From: Phycisphaeraceae bacterium
Lineage (GTDB): Bacteria; Planctomycetota; Phycisphaerae; Phycisphaerales; Phycisphaeraceae
Assembly: GCA_963674705.1 (NCBI GenBank)
Contig: OY771506.1
Span: 544,001-608,000 of the forward strand
Direction of reading: 5' to 3'
Length of the DNA: 64,000 nt
Each line of letters starts with the position of its first letter. Within the stretch, counting starts at the first letter, position 1. The translations under genes and the position numbers were made by a program. This document shows, piece by piece, positions 39,397 through 49,694 of this stretch. The notes beneath the pieces were generated by a model. That model searched no databases and was not told the origin of the DNA. It worked only from the letters and a program-made list of their open reading frames with translations.

Positions 39397-39690
39397 GGGG
39401 CACTCTCCAAATTCCATAACTCTGGCCGCCCGGTATTTCGGGTGATGGCCTGTTGGTTATGGCTCTTTGAGTGCTGACCTTGCCGCCACGGTTGCCAGCG
39501 AGCCGTCTATTTAATAGTGTCGAGGCAAGCCTGTAGACTCAGCTTCGACGCCAATACTATATCACCCCGCTCGCGCCGATTCAAGCTTGCGAATAAATGG
39601 CAAGTTACGCAAAATGAGAGTTTTCCACCTAATGTTCGTCTTGTATAACTGAATTTATAATTATCACACCGAGCCACTTCGAGGTGTAAC

Positions 39691-40620
39691 TTGAGCATTA
39701 CCAACAATCCCGGATATATCGACCTGCAGGTTAACGGTTATGGCGGCGTCGATTACAACACCGATAACCTTACAGCACAACAACTGCGCCAATCCTGCGA
39801 AGCTCTGCAAAAAGACGGCGTTGACAAGATCCTGGCGACGATCATTACCGAAAAGATCGACGTCATGTCCGCACGTCTTGCGAAGCTGGTGGAATTGCGA
39901 CAAGAGGATAACCTGGTCGCCGAGACAATCGCCGGTTTCCACATCGAAGGCCCTTTTATCAATGAGCAAATAGGCTACCGGGGCGCTCATCCCGAAGACG
40001 CTATCTGCCCCGCACAACCCGACGCGATGAAGAAGCTACTCGACGCTGCCGGCGGCCTAACCCGCATCGTCACCCTCGCGCCCGAACGCGATCCGGGCCT
40101 GAAAACCACGCGTTTTTTAGCAGATCAGGGCATCACCGTCTCGGCCGGCCACTGCGATCCGTCAACCGATGAGTTAATCGCCGCGATCGACGCAGGCCTC
40201 GGGATGGTCACCCACCTGGGCAACGGCTGCCCCATGCAGATGCACCGCCACGACAACATCGTACAACGCGTCCTGAGCCTCTCAGACAGGCTCTGGATCG
40301 GTTTCATCGCCGACGGGGCACACATCCCCTTCCCCGCCTTGAGCAACTACCTGAAGCTTGCCGGGCCCGACCACGCCATCGTCGTCACCGACGCGATCGC
40401 CCCCGCCGGCATGGGCCCCGGCCGTTACTCGCTCGGCCGATGGGACCTGTTGATCGGCGAAGACATGGTCGCCTGGGCCCCGGATAAATCCCACCTCGTC
40501 GGCTCTGCCATCAACATGCCGCGCAGCACCGAAAACCTCCGCTCCGCGCTTGGCCTGAGCAACGATTTAATCGAACGTTTAACCCGCACCAATCCCGCCA
40601 AAGCAGTCGGCCTGAATTAA
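39691..40620 (+). CDS. nagA: N-acetylglucosamine-6-phosphate deacetylase family
   Basis: PGYIDLQVNG, HIEGPF, TLAPE, GH, THLGN, DGAH, VTDA. Confidence 0.85.
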   Translation: MSITNNPGYIDLQVNGYGGVDYNTDNLTAQQLRQSCEALQKDGVDKILATIITEKIDVMSARLAKLVELRQEDNLVAETIAGFHIEGPFINEQIGYRGAHPEDAICPAQPDAMKKLLDAAGGLTRIVTLAPERDPGLKTTRFLADQGITVSAGHCDPSTDELIAAIDAGLGMVTHLGNGCPMQMHRHDNIVQRVLSLSDRLWIGFIADGAHIPFPALSNYLKLAGPDHAIVVTDAIAPAGMGPGRYSLGRWDLLIGEDMVAWAPDKSHLVGSAINMPRSTENLRSALGLSNDLIERLTRTNPAKAVGLN

Positions 40621-40653
40621 AATCTAAAATCGTATCTAAAAAGTATGTGCTAA

Positions 40654-40688
40654 CTCCCTCTCCCCCCGGGAGAGGGCCAGGCTGAGGG
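40654..40688. repeat. REP-like palindromic element between convergent genes
   Basis: CCCTCTCCC-N3-GGGAGAGGG followed by CCAGGCTGAGGG. Confidence 0.55.
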
Positions 40689-40715
40689 CCGTTTTTTATA
40701 TGCGCTTCTTGAAAT

Positions 40716-42638
40716 TCAATAAACCTTAAACTCCCAAAGCCCCGCCGTGCCTTCGATGATGGTTACCTTGAAGTAGCGTGCATTTACCGATTTAACATCC
40801 TTGTGCGGTGACTGGATACGCACATCTTCATGCCCGCAGTACGGCTGCCATGTTTCCCCATCGAGTGAGTATTCAAGTTTATACGCATGCCCGACGGTCG
40901 GCTTCACAAAGTAAAGCTCCGTCCGTTCGACCTCGCGCTGCTGCCCTAGGTCCAACTGGTACCAGGCCTCGCTGTCTTCTTCATCAGCCATCCATCGGCT
41001 ACCATTGGAATCATCAAGCGCATTCTTGGGATCAAATTCTTCCAAGCGGTTCAATCTCGGATCTGCGATCGGCGGGATCCACAAGTCGGGGCGGATCGAA
41101 GAGGCTTTACCAAGTTTGCCATGCGCCAGGTTTGGCGAATCGTAATCCGGGTCGTGACCTATAGCGCCAACACCTTCCAGCGTTAATTGAATAGGCTTGA
41201 TCGTGCCGTCCGGGTTGAAGTACATCCTGGCGGTAAGAACCTGCCGGTTTGTACCGCTTCGGCCGTACTCAAGATAGGCAAAGTACCACTGATTTGAACC
41301 ATCCGGTTTAAAGAAGTAACCGTGGCCCGGACCATAAATACCCAGTTCATGATTGGTCGTGGAAATAATATCCTGCTGCGGCGCTACCCACGGACCAAGC
41401 ACCGATTCACGGCTCATCATGTATGCGTATTGGTAGTTTTCGCTGCCGCCTAACGTGTAAAGGTAATAGTAAATCCCGTTTCGCTTGATGATGCACGGCC
41501 CCTCGGAGTAACCGCCGCGCTTCGTCTGGATCAATACAGGCTCGCCATCGAACCCGGTAAAGTCGGGCTTCAGCTTGGCGATATAGCGCTGCGACCATGT
41601 CATGTAATATGAGCCGTCATCATCAAGAAAGATATCCGCATCAATCGGATGTCCAACATTGATCGGGAAGTGCTGCCAGCCGGAGGTTCGGGTGATGTCT
41701 TTGCCATCCAGTGTCTTGAACGGGCCTTCGGGTGAGTCGCTGACTAATGCGGTGATACGGTTATCGAGCGTGGGGAACAGATAATACTTGCCATCTTTAT
41801 AAACAGATGTGCTCGGCGCCCAATACTTCGCATCGTAATCGGGCGTAAACAGCGAGCCTTCAAAGCTCCAGTTCAAAAAGTCTTTCGACTTCCACACAAC
41901 CGGCAAGCCTGCGGTGGATAAACCCTGACCCATCCCGTCGGTCGTGCAGTAGCAGTAAAAGACCCCGTCATACTCCACGATACTCGGATCGGCCACCATG
42001 TCTGGAATCAACGCATGTGCGAATACCGTTTGCGGAGGCGTGCGTTTGGTCTCATGAATGAGCTGGCCATCAAGGTAAGCGAGGACAGTGTTGCCCTTCA
42101 ATTCGATCATGATGTCATACCAGCGATCTGTCTCGATCCGCCCAGCCACGCGCCCGGAGGAAGTCCCCGGCGATTCAATCCCATGTTGCGTATTACCCCA
42201 CCCGCCGATATTCCACCAGGATTTTGAACGCCCGTCCGGCATGCCGAACAGAATAAGAAATCCTTCATCGCCACCAAGCTTGCGCGCCTTAAGTGTGAGT
42301 GTGTAATCGCTCCACGAAGGATCGCCGATCAATGCACGCGCATCGGTTTGATTGCTTGTCTGACGCAACGCGCCGTCAATTACTTTCCACTCGCCACGGG
42401 ATGTCCGCCAGTCTCCCATGCCATCCGTAAAATCGCTGGCAAAGAGTGTTCGGCCATCCTTGGTGACCTTGATGTCTTTGAACTCAGCCTGCGTCGCCCA
42501 CGTGCCGACGCCGATCATGCCGCTGATTCCATCCGCCGCTTCGGCTGTTTGCATGTACGAGTGAAGCACAACAGATATCACAACGACCCAGATCGCGAGC
42601 GGTGTTGATAGCCGAAGTGTGCCAAGATTTTTCATCAT
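40716..42638 (-). CDS. Secreted GH43 with N-terminal lectin-like domain and C-terminal F5/8 (discoidin) domain
   Basis: ADPSI, WAPS, IDADIF, EGP, GPGH; C-terminus ALDD..SRW..WYQLDLG. Confidence 0.88.
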   Translation of the reverse strand: MMKNLGTLRLSTPLAIWVVVISVVLHSYMQTAEAADGISGMIGVGTWATQAEFKDIKVTKDGRTLFASDFTDGMGDWRTSRGEWKVIDGALRQTSNQTDARALIGDPSWSDYTLTLKARKLGGDEGFLILFGMPDGRSKSWWNIGGWGNTQHGIESPGTSSGRVAGRIETDRWYDIMIELKGNTVLAYLDGQLIHETKRTPPQTVFAHALIPDMVADPSIVEYDGVFYCYCTTDGMGQGLSTAGLPVVWKSKDFLNWSFEGSLFTPDYDAKYWAPSTSVYKDGKYYLFPTLDNRITALVSDSPEGPFKTLDGKDITRTSGWQHFPINVGHPIDADIFLDDDGSYYMTWSQRYIAKLKPDFTGFDGEPVLIQTKRGGYSEGPCIIKRNGIYYYLYTLGGSENYQYAYMMSRESVLGPWVAPQQDIISTTNHELGIYGPGHGYFFKPDGSNQWYFAYLEYGRSGTNRQVLTARMYFNPDGTIKPIQLTLEGVGAIGHDPDYDSPNLAHGKLGKASSIRPDLWIPPIADPRLNRLEEFDPKNALDDSNGSRWMADEEDSEAWYQLDLGQQREVERTELYFVKPTVGHAYKLEYSLDGETWQPYCGHEDVRIQSPHKDVKSVNARYFKVTIIEGTAGLWEFKVY

Positions 42639-42766
42639 GCCCTCTGATTCATATGAACAATGGATTCAGTTCCGACCCCCCGGATAGCTGAGCAAGGGAT
42701 TGTACGTACACCGTAGCGCCGAACCAAACCCATCAAGGGCAACAAGCTGCAAACTGTGATTACATG

Positions 42767-42803
42767 AAAACGGTGCGGCCAGTCTTACGCTGAGCCGCAC
42801 CGT
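42767..42803 (-). terminator. Rho-independent terminator
   Basis: ACGGTGCGGC/GCCGCACCGT stem with TTTT on minus strand. Confidence 0.6.
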
Positions 42804-42841
42804 GTCATTGAAGTCATTGTTATGAACCAGCAACTACAGGG

Positions 42842-43783
42842 TTAACGCCGGCGAGCAACCGCTAAGAGCAATCCGCCGAAGATCATCATGCTGGCGGGCT
42901 CGGGAACCAGTGCTTGCTTCAGAGCTTCAGCGACGACGCGCTGACCGAGGCCGTTGGGGTGGATCAGATCGGCAAGGATAAGGTCAGCCGGATCGAGGTC
43001 CAGGTAGTTATCCGGTAGAATCGCCAGCAATTCCGGATCGGTTACAACCGTATCAGCTTCGAGAATGTCATACAGCGCATAGATGTCGACGAGTTCGACG
43101 CCTTCCGACCCCGCGATGTCGCGGATCGCCTGGGCATACTGCGGAAGCGCGGTGATATCGACACCCGAGGAAGGCGCGGGTGTGTGATTGGGCGTCATCA
43201 GGATGACGCGCAAGCCTTCGGCCTTGGCCTGCTGAACCACCAGTGTCATGTTATCGATGAAGTTACCCCTGGTGTAAGACGGATCATAGGTTGCTTCTTC
43301 ATCCGCATCGAGCGCGACGTTGTGCTGGCCGTTCTTGAACACCGCGTCGTTAATCCCGAATTGAATGATAACCACATCAGCATCCTGGCCGAGCACATCC
43401 GTATCCAGCCGGGCAACCGCCTGGTGGGACATGTTACCGCTGAGGCCCTTGTTGACCGAGTCAACCGGCGTGCCGATCAGGTCCGGCAACTCATCGCGCA
43501 AGATGTCGCAATAGGTGTATAGCCAGCGAGTCGGACCATCCGCATCATGATCGAGCGTCATCAGGGTGTAGGGATCCATGTTGATCCCGACAGTCGTGGT
43601 GCCCGTCGAAGGCCGACCACTGGTTGTCGTGGTCACCCCGGTGACACGCGCGGCGGTTGTCGAGTCGCCGAAGCAGATGATCTTGTACGGCGCAACCGCG
43701 ATGGCAGATGCGCTACTTGGTAAAAAGGCGGTCAGTAATGCGAACGCTGCGGCATAAATCACTGTTGAACGTAACACGATCAA
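42842..43783 (-). CDS. SGNH/GDSL esterase with PEP-CTERM
   Basis: FGDS, NKGLSG, FGIND, DLIHPN; VPEPAS...RRR. Confidence 0.88.
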   Translation of the reverse strand: MIVLRSTVIYAAAFALLTAFLPSSASAIAVAPYKIICFGDSTTAARVTGVTTTTSGRPSTGTTTVGINMDPYTLMTLDHDADGPTRWLYTYCDILRDELPDLIGTPVDSVNKGLSGNMSHQAVARLDTDVLGQDADVVIIQFGINDAVFKNGQHNVALDADEEATYDPSYTRGNFIDNMTLVVQQAKAEGLRVILMTPNHTPAPSSGVDITALPQYAQAIRDIAGSEGVELVDIYALYDILEADTVVTDPELLAILPDNYLDLDPADLILADLIHPNGLGQRVVAEALKQALVPEPASMMIFGGLLLAVARRR

Positions 43784-43840
43784 TTCTCCCTATAAGAAAG
43801 TCTTTTCGATCCGACAGGATCGTTTTCGTTGTCCTTACAC

Positions 43841-44602
43841 CTATTGCTTGCACTTCCCTGCAACTTTTTTGTATGCCTCGGCATAACGTTTGCCGAGAAT
43901 GATGACACCGTCGTGGTCATAATGCCCCCCATCGAAGCGCTCCAACCCATCCACAGAAACCACCCCCATGTAAGGCAGTTCCCCCGCAAGCGCATCCATC
44001 TGGTCGTTGATGATGTTCTCTCCGGAAATATGCCCCGCGATGAACGGCAACTCAGGCTGATTGAGGTCCTTACGGATGCCCAGTATCACATTGGTAAGTT
44101 TCTCTGCATACTGTTCGTCCATGCTGTTGCCTTCGCCTTGATGCCACAGCACGCCAACCAGCTTGACATCACCCAGGTCTTTGACACGCTTCAGTGCGTT
44201 TTCATAGAGTGCTTCACCCGGCTGCCAACGTTCGATTTTTGTACCGCCGCGTGCGTTGACGATCAGGCCGATGGTCGTATCCGGGTCGGCTTGATGCATC
44301 GTTTTGGCAAACGGCCCGCCCAGGTTGAACCGCTGCATCTCCAGGTCCTTGCGGTCGGAAGCGTAACGATTCAAAGGTTGCTGCGCAGGCTCCCACTTGC
44401 CTTGATCGTTCAGCAGGTACACGCCGGGGATCACCGCGTCGTCACCTTCGATCATATGCGCTCGGCCTGACATATTGGATTGGCCGATCAACAAATAAAC
44501 ATCCTTCGGCTGATGCGCACAGCCCGACAGTACAACCACGGCCAGGCACAGAGCCAGGACCCGCGAGATTCCCGCGTAGATGTATTTTGTGTATTTCATC
44601 AC
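43841..44602 (-). CDS. Sialate O-acetylesterase/CE6-like lipoprotein
   Basis: LSGC lipobox, GQSNM, ARGGT, WHQGE, DGGH. Confidence 0.88.
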   Translation of the reverse strand: MMKYTKYIYAGISRVLALCLAVVVLSGCAHQPKDVYLLIGQSNMSGRAHMIEGDDAVIPGVYLLNDQGKWEPAQQPLNRYASDRKDLEMQRFNLGGPFAKTMHQADPDTTIGLIVNARGGTKIERWQPGEALYENALKRVKDLGDVKLVGVLWHQGEGNSMDEQYAEKLTNVILGIRKDLNQPELPFIAGHISGENIINDQMDALAGELPYMGVVSVDGLERFDGGHYDHDGVIILGKRYAEAYKKVAGKCKQ

Positions 44603-45354
44603 TTCGATTCCGTTCGTTTAAAGATCAATGGACGATAACCCGGGTAGTAATGGAAGCCCCACTTCGGCGCTTCGGGGATCGACATCAGAAGTTGCATTTC
44701 TTCAAATGACTTTGAGTAGTTGTAGCGGAACGCTCCGAACGACCAGGCTCCCTGATGAATATCCCCGAGCGACTTGATTGGTATGGCCAGCTCAGCCGTA
44801 AAGGACACATCATCGTCATGCCAGTTGCCATCCGTGCCATTGATAACCGTTGCCACCTCGGCGTCGGCGTCCCACGTCTTGAAACGCCGCCCCCCCCCGC
44901 CACCTCGGCTCGCGTGGTACGCATCAAATAATGCGCCGCTTGGCGAAACGACGAATTCCTTGTAACCCAACCCGAACGTGTCCGCGTGGATGAAGAACTC
45001 TACCGCGTCCCCGTTCCACAGATCGTCATCATCCTTGTCCGAGAACGACCAGATGTCATCATCCTTACACTCGAACGCGACATATAGATAATCATCACCC
45101 CACAACAGGCGTACGCGCGTCGGTGAAAGCTCGGGATCTGTCGTCGGCGTATATGGGTAGAAAGTGCTGACAACTTCCGCGTTCTGCCAATCAGACTCAT
45201 CGAGTCGGCCGTCAACGGTAATATCACCGGCCGCTGCAACACAAATGTATCCAGGCTCCGCTACGCGCGACTCGGACACATGCGCGGACTTACATGAAAC
45301 CAGTACCATCATACTTATCGACAAGGCAATCATGTTGATGATTTTCGTTAACAT
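44599..45354 (-). CDS. CBM9-like domain lipoprotein
   Basis: LVSC, ITVDGRLDESDW, LYVAF, DAVEFF, AELAIP. Confidence 0.8.
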   Translation of the reverse strand: MLTKIINMIALSISMMVLVSCKSAHVSESRVAEPGYICVAAAGDITVDGRLDESDWQNAEVVSTFYPYTPTTDPELSPTRVRLLWGDDYLYVAFECKDDDIWSFSDKDDDDLWNGDAVEFFIHADTFGLGYKEFVVSPSGALFDAYHASRGGGGGRRFKTWDADAEVATVINGTDGNWHDDDVSFTAELAIPIKSLGDIHQGAWSFGAFRYNYSKSFEEMQLLMSIPEAPKWGFHYYPGYRPLIFKRTESK

Positions 45355-45363
45355 GCTGAACCC

Positions 45364-47553
45364 CTAATGTGTCGATGGTGATTGGGACGATTCCGTAGTC
45401 TGACCAACGCCGTGTGCCGGTGATTGAACAGGTGTGTCATCGTCTAAATCACGCGTGACAAGCCCGACATCCGCGAAGTCGCGTTTCAGCGATCCAAGCG
45501 TCCGGAACAACCGGACGGTATCGACAATCCCACCGATCAGGAACCAGATGATCGTGCCTACCCCCAGTACCAGCATCAGGCTGAGGCGTGCTTCCCAGTA
45601 ATGGACCCAGGTTTCCTCAGATAAATGCCCCCACAATTCATACTTGGCCCCGATGAACTGGACCGTACCGATGATAAATACAAGGAACCAGATGAAGGTC
45701 CACGTGAGTTTGCCGTAGTAGATGCATTTATCGCCGAAGCTGAACTCTTCGGTTGGCAGAATGGCTCGCAGGCCCGAGACGGGCTTAACATCGTCACGGT
45801 CATGGTCGGTCTTGATTGCATACTTGCCGCGGTGAAGCATGCGGTCCATGTTGAACGCCGGCCGCTTGGTGGCCAGCCACGCAACGAGTGAACACACCAC
45901 GTATCCCACAATCGACAGGCTCATGGCAAAGAAGTTGACCCACTGACCATCCAACGGGAACTCATCGGGCCCAACCTTCCAGTTGATACCCCATACGTTG
46001 TTCGAGATGCCTTCGAGCACCGTCTTGAGGAAGCTCAGCAGCCACGGCGCGTCGCTTTCCATCCAGGGGTAAATCGGGTCAGCCCAATAGGCTTTCAGGA
46101 TCATGCCGCTAACCGCAATCACCCAACCGGTGGTCAGCGCCACCCATGCACCGCTGGTTGAGCCCCGTTTCCAATACAAACCCCCGATGATCAGTGAGCC
46201 GGCACCACCGATGTAAATCGCGCCGGTGATCGCAAAGAACATGAGGATCTTGTCGTTCTGCTCGTATAACAGACTGAAGAAGAAGATGAAGATCGCGACA
46301 AAAAAGATGGAAATCCGCAACATCCACATGTGCTGTTTCGGGGTGAACGGTTTCTTTCTGAAGGGCAGGATCACATCCTGAACAAACATGGCGCCCCATG
46401 AATGCAGGTAGGTATCGTGCGTGGCGGTATTGGCCGCGAGCATCGTCGCACACAACAGCCCGATCATGCCGACCGGCAACGCCTTGGCCAGCACCACCGG
46501 CACCGTCATCTGCTCACGGATCTGCGGGTTCTCGATACCGTCCAACACGCCCATCGCGTTGGCCACGACGTGTTCGTACCCGCCGTGATGCATGATCACA
46601 AACGCACCGATCGGTAAAAACATAGCCACCACGGAGAACACAAGCCCCCGCCATTCACCCAGAATGCCCGCCATCTTGGCTTCGTGCGCCGTCCTGGCCG
46701 AGGCGTTGTACCCCGATGATCCCTGCCACGCCTTCCACCCGTATACATAGGTGAACGCACCGATCAGAAAGTAGAAGATATTGAAACCATCAACCTTGGA
46801 TGTGTGGTATGGCTGGATCATCGATGCGTCTGCGGGGGCCTGCCTGAGTGTCTCGATAATCGTAGACCAGTCGAACATCCAGAAAATCGCGCCCAGGATC
46901 GCGATGAACACGATGTTCGTGAACACACCCTGGATGAAGTCCGTGATCATGATCGCGATCTGGCCACCGATGAATACGAAGAACAACGCGATCCCCAGCA
47001 TCACGATCATGACACCCGCGTAAACCATGTCGATGTCACGGCCCAGGATATTGACCGGGTAATGGGGGAATCCGCAGAAGTAGATCATGAACCGTGCGCC
47101 CACGGCCGGGAAAATACCGAAGTTCACGATCCCGGAGATCCAACCCAGGATGCCGGCATAGACGCGGATGCTCTTGCTGTAGCGGACCTCAAAGAATTGA
47201 GCCATCGTCATCACGCGCGTCTCGCGGTAACGGTAGATGACCCACCCCGATAGCGCGATGATCAGCGCCAACGGTGTCATCATCAGCATCCACCAGTCGG
47301 CCGTGAAGCCCGCCTTGTAGTACATCTCGAAGAAGCCGACGATGCTGATCGCGCCGAGGCCAGCGGTCCCCTGCGAAATACATAACAGGTACCGCCCGGC
47401 ACAGCGGTTGGCGGCAAGGAAGTCAGCGATGCTCTGGATGCACTTGCGTGTCGCGATCCCCGCCACCGTAATCCCGGCTAACAATCCGAGAACAATACAC
47501 CAGTCAATAAGGTGCATGTTTGCGGCAAAAACGGCTAGGCTGGATGTGGTCAT
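45364..47553 (-). CDS. Sodium:solute symporter family
   Basis: DFLAANR, TMAQFFEVRYS, TDFIQG, GGLYWKR; many hydrophobic segments. Confidence 0.9.
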   Translation of the reverse strand: MTTSSLAVFAANMHLIDWCIVLGLLAGITVAGIATRKCIQSIADFLAANRCAGRYLLCISQGTAGLGAISIVGFFEMYYKAGFTADWWMLMMTPLALIIALSGWVIYRYRETRVMTMAQFFEVRYSKSIRVYAGILGWISGIVNFGIFPAVGARFMIYFCGFPHYPVNILGRDIDMVYAGVMIVMLGIALFFVFIGGQIAIMITDFIQGVFTNIVFIAILGAIFWMFDWSTIIETLRQAPADASMIQPYHTSKVDGFNIFYFLIGAFTYVYGWKAWQGSSGYNASARTAHEAKMAGILGEWRGLVFSVVAMFLPIGAFVIMHHGGYEHVVANAMGVLDGIENPQIREQMTVPVVLAKALPVGMIGLLCATMLAANTATHDTYLHSWGAMFVQDVILPFRKKPFTPKQHMWMLRISIFFVAIFIFFFSLLYEQNDKILMFFAITGAIYIGGAGSLIIGGLYWKRGSTSGAWVALTTGWVIAVSGMILKAYWADPIYPWMESDAPWLLSFLKTVLEGISNNVWGINWKVGPDEFPLDGQWVNFFAMSLSIVGYVVCSLVAWLATKRPAFNMDRMLHRGKYAIKTDHDRDDVKPVSGLRAILPTEEFSFGDKCIYYGKLTWTFIWFLVFIIGTVQFIGAKYELWGHLSEETWVHYWEARLSLMLVLGVGTIIWFLIGGIVDTVRLFRTLGSLKRDFADVGLVTRDLDDDTPVQSPAHGVGQTTESSQSPSTH

Positions 47554-47587
47554 GGAACTGTGGGTCCTTCCATCGGGTTAGGGGACA

Positions 47588-49567
47588 TTATTGATTGGCA
47601 CGCCCCATCAGTGCGTGGTGGCGTGCTTTTTCCTCATCGCCATCCTCGCCTCCATATAACTTCGCCAGCCAGACGTGTGCCGGCCGGATCCCCGGCGCAA
47701 GACGCACACAAGTCTCAAACGCCTGGATCGCTTCCTTGTTCATCCCCGACTCAGCAAGCGCCACCCCCAGATTAAAGTGCGCCCGCGGGAAGTTGTGCGC
47801 CAGGCCCACCGCATGCAACGCGTAATCAATCGCCTTGTCGTATTCACCACGCGCGTTTGAAATACGCGCCAGTCCGTTGTACGCGGTCGGGCTTTCCTCG
47901 TCGGCTTCAAGCGCCAGCTTAAAGGCGCGTTCGGCTTCGTCGTATTGCTTCAAGCGCAAATACGCCTGCGCCATGGCCGGCTGTATCGCTAACATGTTCG
48001 GCGCGATCTCTTCGGCCTGCCGCAGCAGGTCCAGCGCCTGTTCGTATTCACCTTTTTGAATCATCAACTGTGAAAGCTTCACCTTGATAGCCGCGTTGTT
48101 CGGCATCCTTTGAAGCATCTCTCGGTATATCGCTTCGCATTCATCAAAACGCTTCAGCCGCATCAGGCAGTTGGACAATTGCAGGCTGTAAAAATCTTTG
48201 CTCTCATCATTGTTTGCAATCAACTCTTCCCACAGCGGCACCGCTTTTTCCAACCGGTGGCTGTCCGACAACGCCATCGCCAGGTTCACCTTCTGCCCAA
48301 GGATGGTCTTGTTCACGGTCTCCTGAATGTCATCGCTGGGTGCATCCACATAACCCAGTTCGACCAGGTGCCTGATCGCCTCGGCCGACTCGGTCGGGTC
48401 TTCGCGCCGATCTTCCGGGTGCATGCCCGCCTCGCCCGGGACCTCATCCCAACTGAGGATCGTCTCCGCCCTGACAGGCGGATCGAATATCTCAAGCCAG
48501 GGTCGGCCGTCCATGTCCCCGCCAATCGGCAGGCCGAACAGCGATAAGATCGTGGGCGTAACATCCAGCAACGTCGCGCCGTAAAGCTTGTCATTCTTCT
48601 TGATGCATGGTCCGCCAGCGCATACCACGCCGAACGGACGGTGCCAGCTCACTGGGTCTTTGTACCCATCTGTATCACGACGCCCTTCACCGCTGTGGAA
48701 CCCATGATCGCTGACCAGGATCACCGTCGTATCCTCACCGGCCTTGTTCAACAACGTTTCGAGCATCATGTCGTGGAAGCGATAGCACCCCACCATGACG
48801 TCTTTGTACAGCTCGGCATCCTCCTCAGAAACATCGTCCATCTTCGGCGGATGATATGGCATGAACGTATGCCCGAAGTGATCGATTGCGTCGTAATAGA
48901 CCGCCGCAAAGTCCCACTCCTGTGTATCCATCAGCCGACACGCCGCGGCGTGGACACTGGACGCCCGGGCAAGCAACTGTGCCAACTTCAGCAAACGATT
49001 ATCTTTCGACTGATCGATCTCCGCAGCCTTGGGGACAAACGGCAAGATTGCAGGCCCGCCAAGGTCATGGGGATTAACAAGGAACTGCATTATCTCGTCG
49101 CGGATACTTACCGGGTGGAACGCATCGTCCGGCATATTCGCCACGGTGGCATCTTTAGAGGACGGCGCGATATACCGATCCGTAACGATCGCGCCCTTGA
49201 TCGGTTCGGCGGGATGGCTCGCAAACCAGCCGACCACGATCGAACGCAGATCGTTCTGGCTGAGAATGTTCCACAGCGCCTTGGTCTTCCGGCTCGTACT
49301 CGTCACCGCACGGATACCCTGGCCGTCCGGTGTCGGCTCGGTAAAGGAATAAATCCCATGCTTGTCGGCACGCTTGCCTGTCGCGATCGAGTTCCAGAGC
49401 ATCGGCGAAAGAATCGGCTGGATCGTTGCGAGCTTGCCGCTGACGCCGCCCTTCATGAACTTCTCAAACGTCGGCATCAATCCCTGCTCGATCAGGGGAT
49501 TCATCATGACCCAATCGGCCGCGTCCCAGCCGATTAAAAGCACTTTCTTAGCGATTCGTTCTGACAT
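47588..49567 (-). CDS. Alkaline phosphatase superfamily (nucleotide pyrophosphatase/phosphodiesterase type) + TPR repeats
   Basis: LIGWDAADW, LSPMLWNSIATG, IDHFGH, SDHGF, DVTPTIL, DMDG, LVELGYV; TPRs such as AHFNLGVALAESG; no signal peptide. Confidence 0.88.
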   Translation of the reverse strand: MSERIAKKVLLIGWDAADWVMMNPLIEQGLMPTFEKFMKGGVSGKLATIQPILSPMLWNSIATGKRADKHGIYSFTEPTPDGQGIRAVTSTSRKTKALWNILSQNDLRSIVVGWFASHPAEPIKGAIVTDRYIAPSSKDATVANMPDDAFHPVSIRDEIMQFLVNPHDLGGPAILPFVPKAAEIDQSKDNRLLKLAQLLARASSVHAAACRLMDTQEWDFAAVYYDAIDHFGHTFMPYHPPKMDDVSEEDAELYKDVMVGCYRFHDMMLETLLNKAGEDTTVILVSDHGFHSGEGRRDTDGYKDPVSWHRPFGVVCAGGPCIKKNDKLYGATLLDVTPTILSLFGLPIGGDMDGRPWLEIFDPPVRAETILSWDEVPGEAGMHPEDRREDPTESAEAIRHLVELGYVDAPSDDIQETVNKTILGQKVNLAMALSDSHRLEKAVPLWEELIANNDESKDFYSLQLSNCLMRLKRFDECEAIYREMLQRMPNNAAIKVKLSQLMIQKGEYEQALDLLRQAEEIAPNMLAIQPAMAQAYLRLKQYDEAERAFKLALEADEESPTAYNGLARISNARGEYDKAIDYALHAVGLAHNFPRAHFNLGVALAESGMNKEAIQAFETCVRLAPGIRPAHVWLAKLYGGEDGDEEKARHHALMGRANQ

Positions 49568-49617
49568 GTGCGTGTCCGTCTTAAGGGGTGAAGGGTAATT
49601 ACACCCCTAACGATACC

Positions 49618-49656
49618 AAAGAAATAGCTGGGCCCACGGTCAGGTAAGCCCAGCTA
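49618..49656 (-). terminator. Probable rho-independent terminator
   Basis: TAGCTGGGC/GCCCAGCTA stem followed by TTTCTTT on minus strand. Confidence 0.55.
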
Positions 49657-49694
49657 GATGAAATACTTTCAAACACTACGTTTTCCGTATCGAA

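Noticed and set aside
44890..44898. C9 homopolymer as a phase-variation switch
   Set aside because: In frame and explained by a Gly run; no evidence of variation
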